IMG/VR virus record: IMGVR_UViG_3300045988_153867
DNA from: a virus
DNA: 46,037 bases
Strand: one strand, 5' to 3'
The position numbers were made by a program, and so were the translations under genes. Of this stretch, positions 17,604 through 27,313 are shown piece after piece. Positions within the stretch are counted from its first letter, which is position 1. The number at the start of each line of letters is the position of its first letter. Under the pieces are notes generated by a model, which saw only the letters and a list, made by a program, of their open reading frames with translations, did no database searches and was not told where the DNA came from.

Positions 17604-17621
17604 TTTGTTAAAGCGCTTTTT
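17591..17621 (+). terminator. Hairpin plus T-run upstream of the gp15-like gene
   Basis: AAGCGCTTAAC..GTTAAAGCGCTT stem followed by TTTTC. The left arm resembles the terminators at 6138 and 29773. Confidence 0.5.
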
Positions 17622-17648
17622 CTATACCCCAAAGGAGGTACAAACAGA

Positions 17649-19949
17649 ATGAAATTCAGTCAATATGCAGAGCAAGTAAATCCAAATACAATACAGGGGC
17701 AAGTACAAAGACCAGGCGATTTAAACAGCTACGGCGGTAATGGCGCTGGGTATGAGGCTATTGGTAGAGGATTGGGGGCTGCAAATGAAGCTTATAATAA
17801 ATTTATCGAAAGTGTTGAGCAATCTAAAGTTGTAGAAGCTGATGCTGAATATGATAAACGTATTTCTAATTTATTATATAACCCGAAAGATGGTTTAATG
17901 CATGCTCAATATTCTAATGCAGAGGGGATAGCGGGGAAATTTCAGAATGAAGAACAAAAAATAAGACAGGAGATAATGGAGAAATATAAATTCAGTTTGA
18001 ATAAGACTTCTAGTGTTTTTAATAATTGGGCTAATAACGATGCACAGAAAAGATTTATGTTAGTTGGCCAACATGAATATAAACAGGTTGAGGCTAACAA
18101 AGACTTGGCATTATCAAATAATATTGATGAAAATTTTAATTTTGCAATGCAAAATTATGATAATGATGAGTTAATAAAATCAGAATTTGATAAAAGTATA
18201 ACTATTTTAATGGATAGATATGCGGGGCAAGATCCTGAATTTATAAAAAGTGAAGCAAAAAGATTATTATCACCTAAAATGGCCGCACTTGTTGGAACTG
18301 CTTTAGCGAATGATGATATTGACAGAGCTGGCGCGATTATTGAAAAATGGGGTGCCTTTATGCCTGCGGAAACAAGACTTTCTTATTCTAGAATTGCGCA
18401 TGCCAGAAAAGAAAGAGAGTACGAATATTATACAGGCTTAAATATATACGAACGTTTTGGAGATGATTATGAGTCTGCCAGGAAGTATATTTATGGTGAT
18501 AACTTTGGATATGATGGTGAAGCCGCTGTGCGGAGTGCAAGAGAAGATATTGGGAATAATTATGGTACTAACACATGTACGATAAGAAGTAATAATTGGA
18601 TTGCTGCAGGTGGAGGCAAGGAAGGAAATGCTTGGGCTCCTACACAATTTGAAGATATGAAAGGCGCAGGATTGATTTTTACCGACAAGTCTCAATTACG
18701 AAGTGGTGATATTGTTTATTGGCATTACGGAGAAGACCCAAATGATGTTGATCATGTTGGGATATATGATGCAAAGACTGGAATGGTAATACAAAGTGGA
18801 GATCATGGAGTTGCAGAAATTCCGCTTGATTATGCAAATATTTCTGGGTTCGCAAGACCTAGAGGAAGAAATGTATCCATAGAAGATAAAGAAAAAGCAT
18901 GGAATGCCTATGTTACTCAAGCTCATAATAACAATGCAATAAAAAATAACCATAAGAAAAGAATTATTGATAGCGTACAACAAGAAATGTGGAACAAATT
19001 TAAGACTGGCGTTATTGATCCAAAGGAATTTCAAAGTCTTGTATACAGTGTTTCTGGAGGCGATGCAGATATTGAAATGAACCTTTTAAAGTTCGGTGAT
19101 GATTTGATTGGAATACAAGGCAAAGCTGCTGCCGCTGTATCTAATAGCAGCATTTATAAAGAAATCAAAGATGCTATTACAAATAGTACTGTAACGCCAG
19201 CAGAAGCCGTATCTTTAATCAATCAAAACGCAACAGTCTTAGGCGAAGCTGATAGAAGCAGATTGCTTGCTTTTGCTAGAAATCAAGATCCGAGAAATAA
19301 GGATATCGATAAACAGTTAGCTACTATAATCAATGAAGCGTTTTCTGATCCGGTGGAAAGAGGAGAAGCTCAAATTTTCTTGGATAATAAATTAGAAATT
19401 GTAACTGACCCTGATGCAAGATACACGGAAGGCTATGATGTATTGTATGGTACGAAGGATAGACCAGGGATTTTGCAGAATAAAGCCATTTTCAAAAATT
19501 TTAATAGCAAACAACGTGAATGGGGTTCCTTAAAGAGCAGTCTATCTCCTAAGCTTTATCCTTATATAGATGCATATCAGATTCAGAACGGAAATAATAT
19601 TGATTTGGGGCAGGCAAAAACAATCTTTGAATCCATAAATCCGAACGATAAATACCAGATTTCGGCGCTTCAATATGCGACTGTTTATAATAGTCCAATG
19701 GATATTCAAGAGCTCAATAAACAAATTGCGGCTATGGCAGTTCGTGATGGTGTAGATGCTGCTCCACATTTGCTGGATATTCCGCAGCAGAGTGAAACAG
19801 TAGTACAGCAAAATGAAAGCACTCCATGGTTTAGCGATTGGGGAGCAAGTGAGCGTACTGGTTTAGCGGCAATGAGTTTTAGTGATACTCTGGAAGCTAT
19901 AAAACAGCGTCACTTAGCAGCATTAAGAGGAGAAATTAACGAGGAGTGA
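17649..19949 (+). CDS. Internal virion protein (gp15-like position) with an NlpC/P60- or CHAP-like peptidoglycan hydrolase domain
   Basis: 766 aa. A candidate catalytic Cys (GTNTCTIRSNNW) and His (VDHVGIYD) are followed by GDHGVAEIPLD. Confidence 0.7.
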   Translation: MKFSQYAEQVNPNTIQGQVQRPGDLNSYGGNGAGYEAIGRGLGAANEAYNKFIESVEQSKVVEADAEYDKRISNLLYNPKDGLMHAQYSNAEGIAGKFQNEEQKIRQEIMEKYKFSLNKTSSVFNNWANNDAQKRFMLVGQHEYKQVEANKDLALSNNIDENFNFAMQNYDNDELIKSEFDKSITILMDRYAGQDPEFIKSEAKRLLSPKMAALVGTALANDDIDRAGAIIEKWGAFMPAETRLSYSRIAHARKEREYEYYTGLNIYERFGDDYESARKYIYGDNFGYDGEAAVRSAREDIGNNYGTNTCTIRSNNWIAAGGGKEGNAWAPTQFEDMKGAGLIFTDKSQLRSGDIVYWHYGEDPNDVDHVGIYDAKTGMVIQSGDHGVAEIPLDYANISGFARPRGRNVSIEDKEKAWNAYVTQAHNNNAIKNNHKKRIIDSVQQEMWNKFKTGVIDPKEFQSLVYSVSGGDADIEMNLLKFGDDLIGIQGKAAAAVSNSSIYKEIKDAITNSTVTPAEAVSLINQNATVLGEADRSRLLAFARNQDPRNKDIDKQLATIINEAFSDPVERGEAQIFLDNKLEIVTDPDARYTEGYDVLYGTKDRPGILQNKAIFKNFNSKQREWGSLKSSLSPKLYPYIDAYQIQNGNNIDLGQAKTIFESINPNDKYQISALQYATVYNSPMDIQELNKQIAAMAVRDGVDAAPHLLDIPQQSETVVQQNESTPWFSDWGASERTGLAAMSFSDTLEAIKQRHLAALRGEINEE

Positions 19950-19953
19950 TAAT

Positions 19954-22900
19954 ATGGCAAGGTCTATATTGTATGATGTAGCAGCAGCAGGAAAGTTTAT
20001 ACCAGACGACTTAAAGACTAAAGCGTTACAAGGGGCTAATGCAAATAATATATCGCTTCAAATGGCCGCTCGTAATCCCGATTATTATTTACCTAAAAAC
20101 TTTGATTATGACTGGAATAAATATGAGAAGATAGCACCAAGAACAGCAGAGGCGTTAAAAGACCCGGTGCTTATGAGCATTGCCGGCACTAAAGCTGCAG
20201 AATTTTGGGGCGAACAAGAGAATAACTGGAAAAGCATTACAGCACTGAAAAATGGCTTTAAGAATGTTGCTCGTAGTGGTTATGGTGCAGTTGCGCTCTT
20301 GGCTGATTTAGGAACAGACAAAAAAGATGTTGAGCTGACCACGGAATCTAAAGTGTTTAGTGCAGATACGATAGGGCGGCTTTTGTATGCTGTTGGCGGT
20401 GAAAAATTAAAAACTATTGGCACAGAAGCTAAACGCATTGGTGGCAGTGAGATATTTCAGCCAGAAGAAGTAAAGGCAGAGACTGCAGCAGGGCAGTTTT
20501 ATTACGATTTACTGCAGAATGCACCACAATTAGCGGCACAGGTCGGCGTAGCAATTAGCACTGGCGGTTGGAGTGCGGCGGCTTTTATGGGTAGCCAGAT
20601 TGCAGGCGGTCAATATTTAGACCTTACTGAAGCTGGTGTATCTAATGACAGAGCCAGAGCTGCGGCATCGTTAAATGCTGTTGCGCAGTCTGCTCTTGAA
20701 AAAGTTGGTTTGGGCAAAGTTATGGGAGCAGGAGCAAGAGCCGCTAAAATAGCAAATATGGGTGGGAAGGCTAAAGAGGTTTTTAAAACTGCATTGACAG
20801 AAGGTATTACTGAATGGATTCAAGAATACCCGGATGCGGCTGCTGAAATATGGGCTAAAAATGAGAATCTTTCTACTCAGGAACAAATACTTAAATTTTA
20901 TCAGGAGTTTGGTGAGATTACTAAAAGAGGCGCTTATTCTGGTGCTATAGGAGCAGTATTCGGTGGGCTTGGTGGCTCTGTTAGTGTTGCTGTAGATCGT
21001 AATGCTAACCGTGCGATTCAGGAACAGGCAGTGCGTACTGCAGAAGCAATGAAAAACAGTAAGGATGTAGATATTACTGCCAGTAAATTAGTGTTGAATC
21101 AAACCACAGAAGAAAAGGCTTATATAGATGCTGAAACCCTTTTTACATACGTGCAGGAAAATCCTAATCTGGATGTAAAAGATACTTTCGGGATAGAGGC
21201 TTCTGAATTGCAGGCAGCTGCCGTTCGCGGTGAGGATATTGAAATGCCAATGGGTACGTATTGCGCAGCAGAGGCTCAAAATCCTGGCTTTTTTCAGGCT
21301 GTAAGTAATAGCGTAGCATTTGAGCAGGGCGGATATACAGAAGAACGTGCAAGAAATAAAAAAGCTCTCCAAAGCGCTTATAAAAAAGCGTTGGAGAACG
21401 ACGAAGAATTTAGAACTACAGTTGATACTTTTAGAAATGAATTGACTGAAGCGGGACTAAATCAAAAAGAAACTGGTGATGTCCTGGCTATTTTAACAAG
21501 TCGTGCAATGATCGCTAATCCTGATGATCCTATGCAATATTTCAGAGATCACCCTGTAAGCTTCAAGCGTGTAGTCAGCACTCCTGGCGGTCGGTATATG
21601 CAAACTAAAAGTGCTAACGAAAAATTGCTTGAGGATGAAAATAATTTTGCCGGCATTGTAGATGAGTATACTGCAGGAAAAATAAACGATACCAAAACCT
21701 ATAATGTTATGACGACACCGCTTGCATTGGGACTTGCAGGCGGTAAAATTTTGCCTGTAACTATTGATGGCAGCAAAATAAAACATATATTTGATGGACA
21801 TTCTGACGGGATGACACCAGAACTGTTGAAACAAATTCCTCGTGCAATGGCCGATCCAATGATGATATTGGATTCTTATGCCGGTCGTAAGATTGTAGTG
21901 CTTGATTTAAAGGATAAGCAGGGGTCTACTATTATTGTTCCTTTAGAACTTGACGTAGAACGTAGTTGGTATAAAGTTAATGCGATTGCGAGTGCTTATG
22001 GTAAAGGTGGAGAAAGTGGTACAGATTATAACTGGTTTATAGAACACAATCTAAAAAAAGGTAGAGTATCATATGTAAATAAAGAAAAGACTGCCAAGTG
22101 GCTACCTTCTCCTAGCAGCGATTCCGCTAGCAGAATAACCGACCTTAACAGTCTTCTTAATAATAGTATACCAGATGAAAATGCGCTACGCAAGAGACGT
22201 GAAGAAATGCAGGGATACTACCAGACCGCTTTTCACGGAAGCCCGCATAAATTTGAAAAGTTTGATTTGGGTGCTATTGGGACAGGAACAGGCATACAAG
22301 CCCATGGATGGGGCTTGTATTTTGCTTTCAGCAAAAATACCGCTAAGCGGTACAGGGATAGATTGAAGGGAAGTACCGACGAAGGCTCTTTAGTTGAGGC
22401 TGATATCCCTGAAGATGCTGTATTGCTACATGAAAATAAAACTATCGAAAAGCAACCACCTAAAGTACGTGCGATTATTGAAGCTGAATTAGAAAGAATT
22501 GGCGGTAGTGCAAATGACGGTAAAAGCTTTTACAGGGAAATAAAATTTGAAATGCAGAGGCTGGGAGCAGAAAATCCTGCCAGAGCGGCCTCTGAACATT
22601 TAAATAAATTAGGGATCAAAGGCATTAGATATGTTGGAGAAAGAGATGGAGAAGCGTATGTAATTTTTGATGATCAGGCAATAAAGATAATCAACAGTTA
22701 CAATCAGAAAGTCAACAACGATAAAAAAGGCGCTATTACCTGGGACGCAGAAGGTAAAGCAATTATTAACCTGTTTGAAGGTGCCGATATGAGCACGGTA
22801 ATTCATGAAGCTGTAGGTCATTACTTCATTGAAAATCTTATGCGTGAGGGAGCACTTCCTAATGCTACAGAACAGATGAAAAAAGATCGTCAGACTATGC

Positions 22901-25900
22901 TTGATTATGCTGGTGTCAATAAAGACTGGGATAGCTTGTCACAGGAAGAAAAAACAGCTGCGCATGAACGTTGGGCAGAAGCTGCCGAGACTTATATGAT
23001 GGAAGGGAAGGCTCCGTCAAAAGAATTGCAACCTGTCTTTAATAGGTTTAAAAAATGGTTGCTGGCTATTTATGATGCAGTCTTTTCAGATAGGCGTAAC
23101 AAAAATGCTGTGCCTATCAACGATGAGGTAAGACAAGTGTTCGACCGTATGTTGGCAAGTGAAGATCAAATTGCAGAGATGGAACGTATTGACGGTTATT
23201 TTTCTGCGTTGCCAGATGTTGTATTAGATGCACTTTCTGAACCACGTAAGCAAATGTTACGCAATTTTGCTGCTAAAGCTCACGATAAGGCAGTGCAGAT
23301 GTTAACAAAAGAAAGTCTTGTTAATTTCAATCAGGAGCGTAAAGACCGAATTCAAAAATATCGTGAAGATGTAGAGCCGCAGGTCAAAGAAGCGATTGCA
23401 AAACAGCCGTTATATATGGCTTCGGAGCAGATACTTGATATTGCATCTGATTTGAAAACAGCTAAAGGCGTAGCTAATAGATATTTAGAAGGCAATTTTG
23501 ATGAAAGTAAAATGGCAACTTTTGATATGATTGCTGAAGCTAATGGTTTTACTTCTGGTGACGAGCTGGCAAAAACTATTATGTCTGAACCGTCTTTTAC
23601 TGGTGCTGTTAATAGGCATATTGATGAAATGGTACAGGATGCTTTCCCTGATATTTATAAAGAGCGTGGGCTTGCTGAGGAGGCTGCGCGTGACGCTATG
23701 TATAATGACGAGAGCGGTCTTTTGATAAACACTGAAGCTCAGCTTATTGAGGATAAAGCGCAGGGCTTATTAAAAGGACAGCGTGATGCTGAAACACTTA
23801 GAAAGCTTGCTGTTGCACGTAGACAAACAGCTAAAATCCAAGCGCAGATGGACCTGCAGAATAGAGTAAAATTAAAGGAGGCTTTAAATACTCAAAAGTA
23901 TATTACTGCAGAAAGAAATGCTGCAGCAAAAGCTGCTGTAGCCTTGGAAAATGATGATTATTCTACTGCGGTCCGATATAAAAATGTCCAGGCATTTAAT
24001 CACGCTTGTGTTGTTGAAAGTGTAAGATTGCGCAATCAGTATGTTAAGTGGCAGAACTATTTCAGAAAGCAGGCAAAAGCTAAAAAGGAAACTTGGGGTA
24101 ATGAAAGAAACTTCATCCAAGCCGCAGCAATTATGGAAAGATTTGGCTATAAACGTAAAGATTATTCTGGTTTTGAGAAAACAGAAACTTTATCAGAATA
24201 TCTGAATGATATGGACGATCTTTATGATAATGTTGCAGTTGCCGATTGGATAATGGATGAGGATGTTAGCATTACAAACCCCCGGGAACGCATGACTGCA
24301 AGCCAACTTGAAGATGTAGTAAATGCACTTAAAAATATCAAAGCTATTGCTAAGCAGGAAATGAATATCAATGCCTTACAGAAAGGCGTTACCTATGCTG
24401 AATTTAAAGTTGAAGCACAGGAAACACTTAATAAACTGAAAACTATCTGGAATCCGCAGGTTGGCGTAACACAGCAGCCTACAGTAATGGAGAAGCTAAA
24501 AGCGTCTTTACGTAGTACGGACAATCTTTTTGAAATGATGGACGATTGGCAGTATGGATTTTTCAGCAAACATTTTGGCGCCGCTATTCGTGAAGCAGCC
24601 GATAATGAAACAAGAAAAATTTTAGAATATGAAGAAAAAACAGCGCAGGCTTACAGGGAGTGGCTGCCGGATAAAGCTGCAGAAAAGGCGGCCGATTATC
24701 AGGAGAAATATGACGAGTTAGGTACTTCCGTAGATAAGCATGTTTTAGTAAAAATGCTTATGAATTTAGGTAACGAGAGCAGTGCCAGAGTATTGTGCAG
24801 CACTAGGCCAGTAGGTTTTGAAAATTCTGCCTTGTGGGTAGATGGCGATATCATGCAGACTAAAATCAATTTGCTTGACTTCTTAGGGCACAATCTTACT
24901 GAAGCGGATATAAAATATGCACAGGCTAAGATAGACATTGCAGAGCTGTACTGGTCTGAAATGGAAGCACTTGAAACTCGTTGGACAGGATTTAGTCCTA
25001 AAAAAGTTGAAGCGTCTCCTGTAGAGTTGACGCTAGCAGACGGCAAGACTGTTGTTATGCGTGGCGGTTATTTCCCACTTATGCGTGACGGTGATACTGG
25101 CTCTAAACATGCTGGTCAAGAAGTTATTTCTGATACTGACCCCAGACAAGGACGCAATATTAGAACGATGAGTACCAGAAGAGGACATTTGAAAGAGCGT
25201 GTTAAGGCTAAATATCCTGTTAATCTAAAGCGTGGAGCAGAGTTTAATGTTGCTATGGATGCAATACATGATCTGTGTTTCCGTGAAGTTATGGGCGATT
25301 TCCGCAAAATTATGAACGATCAGGAAATGTATACACTGATAAAAGAAAAGTTAGGCCTGGCCGATTTCGCTGCCTTTAAAGAATATCTTGAACGTGCGGC
25401 AAATCCTCAAGGTACTAACAGCGGTTCTGTTGGTGAAAGTTGGATGGGCAGTGTTGCTAACTGGCTTAGAGCCCGTACTGTAAATGCTGCTATTATGCTT
25501 AATCTTAAAACTGCCGTTCAGAACTTGGGTAACCCTTTGCTTTATGGGAATGCTGTAGATGGTTTTGGATATAGTGATGTCGTTGCTGCTGTTAGTAATT
25601 ACAGTATGAATATGCAGCTTGCAGAAGGTTATAAATCGGCTAAGGAATTTGTTTATAGTAAATCCCCTTGGATGAAAGAAAGGTCTGTGCTTCCTGATAT
25701 TTCCCTGCGGGATATGAAAGAAATGGAAAGACTGAACCCTGTAGAAAAGAAAGCTGTTGAATTTGGCACAAGGTTACTGGTCGCTACTGATAATCTTTCG
25801 GCTATTCCGGTATGGATGCAGGCGTATGGCAAGAAAATCAGGGCTGGTGCAGGCGAAGCTGAAGCTGTGGATTTTGCCAATACGGTTATTAGACGTACAC

Positions 25901-26505
25901 TTGGCAGCAGCAGAGTTACGGAGGTTGCACCGCTTTTACGTGGTGGTCCTATGCTTAAACTGTTTACTACTTTCCAGGGCTTCTTTAACACACAGTATAA
26001 CCAATGGGCAAGAGAGTATAATATCTTCTTGAAAGAAAAAGACATAATGCGTCTTACTTCGTTTGTGGGGGCCAAGTTTATAATGTTTGCTTTTATAAAC
26101 TTGATGCTATCAGCCGAAGATCCATTTGAAGAAGATAAGGACGAATATAAAAAAATATCAAAAGAATTACTTACTTACCCTATGAGCTTAGCCGGACCAG
26201 TTGGGCAGGTTGGTAATGCTATCTGGAGCAGAGCTTTAGGTATGCAGACCTACGGCTATAGAATGACTGCAGTGCAAGGCACGATAGAGCAAATGGAACG
26301 TGCGGCCGGTAAGGTGCAAAAGGTTTGGCAGAAAAAAGCAGATTATGATGAATTGATTGAACCTACTGCGACTTTTGTCGGAACAGCATTAGGCGTGCCT
26401 GCACAGTTAAATAAATTATTCTTTAACGGATATGATATCTTGTTCAATGGTATGGAACCGGAAGTTGGCGACATCTTTAGGCGCCGGCCGAAAAAAGAAC
26501 GGTAA
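19954..26505 (+). CDS. Giant internal virion/ejection protein (gp16-like position) of polyvalent-protein type
   Basis: 2183 aa single ORF. It carries a MuF_C/PBECR-like segment, an FHGSPHKFEKFD...GWGLYFA module, an HEAVGH module and a C-terminal hydrophobic segment. Confidence 0.8.
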   Translation: MARSILYDVAAAGKFIPDDLKTKALQGANANNISLQMAARNPDYYLPKNFDYDWNKYEKIAPRTAEALKDPVLMSIAGTKAAEFWGEQENNWKSITALKNGFKNVARSGYGAVALLADLGTDKKDVELTTESKVFSADTIGRLLYAVGGEKLKTIGTEAKRIGGSEIFQPEEVKAETAAGQFYYDLLQNAPQLAAQVGVAISTGGWSAAAFMGSQIAGGQYLDLTEAGVSNDRARAAASLNAVAQSALEKVGLGKVMGAGARAAKIANMGGKAKEVFKTALTEGITEWIQEYPDAAAEIWAKNENLSTQEQILKFYQEFGEITKRGAYSGAIGAVFGGLGGSVSVAVDRNANRAIQEQAVRTAEAMKNSKDVDITASKLVLNQTTEEKAYIDAETLFTYVQENPNLDVKDTFGIEASELQAAAVRGEDIEMPMGTYCAAEAQNPGFFQAVSNSVAFEQGGYTEERARNKKALQSAYKKALENDEEFRTTVDTFRNELTEAGLNQKETGDVLAILTSRAMIANPDDPMQYFRDHPVSFKRVVSTPGGRYMQTKSANEKLLEDENNFAGIVDEYTAGKINDTKTYNVMTTPLALGLAGGKILPVTIDGSKIKHIFDGHSDGMTPELLKQIPRAMADPMMILDSYAGRKIVVLDLKDKQGSTIIVPLELDVERSWYKVNAIASAYGKGGESGTDYNWFIEHNLKKGRVSYVNKEKTAKWLPSPSSDSASRITDLNSLLNNSIPDENALRKRREEMQGYYQTAFHGSPHKFEKFDLGAIGTGTGIQAHGWGLYFAFSKNTAKRYRDRLKGSTDEGSLVEADIPEDAVLLHENKTIEKQPPKVRAIIEAELERIGGSANDGKSFYREIKFEMQRLGAENPARAASEHLNKLGIKGIRYVGERDGEAYVIFDDQAIKIINSYNQKVNNDKKGAITWDAEGKAIINLFEGADMSTVIHEAVGHYFIENLMREGALPNATEQMKKDRQTMLDYAGVNKDWDSLSQEEKTAAHERWAEAAETYMMEGKAPSKELQPVFNRFKKWLLAIYDAVFSDRRNKNAVPINDEVRQVFDRMLASEDQIAEMERIDGYFSALPDVVLDALSEPRKQMLRNFAAKAHDKAVQMLTKESLVNFNQERKDRIQKYREDVEPQVKEAIAKQPLYMASEQILDIASDLKTAKGVANRYLEGNFDESKMATFDMIAEANGFTSGDELAKTIMSEPSFTGAVNRHIDEMVQDAFPDIYKERGLAEEAARDAMYNDESGLLINTEAQLIEDKAQGLLKGQRDAETLRKLAVARRQTAKIQAQMDLQNRVKLKEALNTQKYITAERNAAAKAAVALENDDYSTAVRYKNVQAFNHACVVESVRLRNQYVKWQNYFRKQAKAKKETWGNERNFIQAAAIMERFGYKRKDYSGFEKTETLSEYLNDMDDLYDNVAVADWIMDEDVSITNPRERMTASQLEDVVNALKNIKAIAKQEMNINALQKGVTYAEFKVEAQETLNKLKTIWNPQVGVTQQPTVMEKLKASLRSTDNLFEMMDDWQYGFFSKHFGAAIREAADNETRKILEYEEKTAQAYREWLPDKAAEKAADYQEKYDELGTSVDKHVLVKMLMNLGNESSARVLCSTRPVGFENSALWVDGDIMQTKINLLDFLGHNLTEADIKYAQAKIDIAELYWSEMEALETRWTGFSPKKVEASPVELTLADGKTVVMRGGYFPLMRDGDTGSKHAGQEVISDTDPRQGRNIRTMSTRRGHLKERVKAKYPVNLKRGAEFNVAMDAIHDLCFREVMGDFRKIMNDQEMYTLIKEKLGLADFAAFKEYLERAANPQGTNSGSVGESWMGSVANWLRARTVNAAIMLNLKTAVQNLGNPLLYGNAVDGFGYSDVVAAVSNYSMNMQLAEGYKSAKEFVYSKSPWMKERSVLPDISLRDMKEMERLNPVEKKAVEFGTRLLVATDNLSAIPVWMQAYGKKIRAGAGEAEAVDFANTVIRRTLGSSRVTEVAPLLRGGPMLKLFTTFQGFFNTQYNQWAREYNIFLKEKDIMRLTSFVGAKFIMFAFINLMLSAEDPFEEDKDEYKKISKELLTYPMSLAGPVGQVGNAIWSRALGMQTYGYRMTAVQGTIEQMERAAGKVQKVWQKKADYDELIEPTATFVGTALGVPAQLNKLFFNGYDILFNGMEPEVGDIFRRRPKKER

Positions 26506-26507
26506 AA

Positions 26508-26546
26508 GAAAAATACCCCCTCAAATTTGAGGGGGTTTATATTTTC
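26508..26546. terminator. Bidirectional rho-independent terminator
   Basis: Perfect 20-bp palindrome CCCCCTCAAATTTGAGGGGG flanked by A-rich and T-rich runs, between convergent genes. Confidence 0.85.
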
Positions 26547-26831
26547 TCAGAATCCATTGTTGTATCTATAAATTGCGTCATTTGCTTCACGGATAGCCGC
26601 AGCTTTTGCTTCTTGAATACGCTGGATATCATTGTTACAGTTTTCTACATATTTCTTTGCTTCTTCGACATAAAGTTCAACTTCATATTTGCTCGGATTG
26701 TAAGGTAAATATGAATTGAATTCTGGATACATTGATAAACTTAAATTAGATCCACCAAAAACATATGCAAACGCTATACTTGAACACCATAAAATAAAAA
26801 TTATAGAAATTACTAGAATCCTTTTAAACAT
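26547..26831 (-). CDS. Small secreted or membrane-anchored protein (moron)
   Basis: N-terminal signal/TM segment. AAGGAG sits 8 nt upstream. The region is AT-rich and on the reverse strand. Confidence 0.6.
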   Translation of the reverse strand: MFKRILVISIIFILWCSSIAFAYVFGGSNLSLSMYPEFNSYLPYNPSKYEVELYVEEAKKYVENCNNDIQRIQEAKAAAIREANDAIYRYNNGF

Positions 26832-26861
26832 TAATTTTTCTCCTTTAATATCTGGTTGGGT

Positions 26862-27272
26862 TTATATGCCTATATATTTCCCGTTGCCATCATCAACTAA
26901 TTTTAATAGATGAAAAAATACTTCTTCCCCTATAGATCCTGGAATAATAGGTTCTATTTTATAAAGTGGTTTATAAGAATCTTCTATTTGACCGTTTTTA
27001 TAGGCAATAATGTACAAATTTACTAAGGAAAAATCTTTTTTAAAAAAAGTAGTTTGTATTAAAATCTGTTTGTTTTCAGATGGTTCTACTCTTGCGACCC
27101 AGGCGGTTGCTTTTGTATCGTCAAATGTAATTGTTCCTCTATCTATAAAATAACCAAATTGGTTATCTGAACTTACCCAGCTCCAGCGAGCTGGATCTAA
27201 GTTATTGGCAACACATAAATTTGTGATTAAAGAAAATACAAGAATTAAAAATAATAAAATTATTTTTTTCAT
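26862..27272 (-). CDS. Secreted protein, possibly surface-adhesin-E-like fold (moron)
   Basis: Signal peptide MKKIILLFLILVFSLITNLCVA. The WSWVSSDNQFGYFIDRGTI pattern is present. The start was chosen at the ATG with a GAAGGGA RBS. Confidence 0.55.
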   Translation of the reverse strand: MKKIILLFLILVFSLITNLCVANNLDPARWSWVSSDNQFGYFIDRGTITFDDTKATAWVARVEPSENKQILIQTTFFKKDFSLVNLYIIAYKNGQIEDSYKPLYKIEPIIPGSIGEEVFFHLLKLVDDGNGKYIGI

Positions 27273-27313
27273 AATATCCCTTCTCTTATTATTTCTCACA
27301 ATTAACTTATTGA

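Noticed and set aside
22801-22821. HEAVGH read as a canonical HExxH zincin active site
   Set aside because: The spacing is H-E-x-x-x-H, not HExxH. It may be an HExxGH-type variant, but a metallopeptidase call cannot be made from the motif alone.
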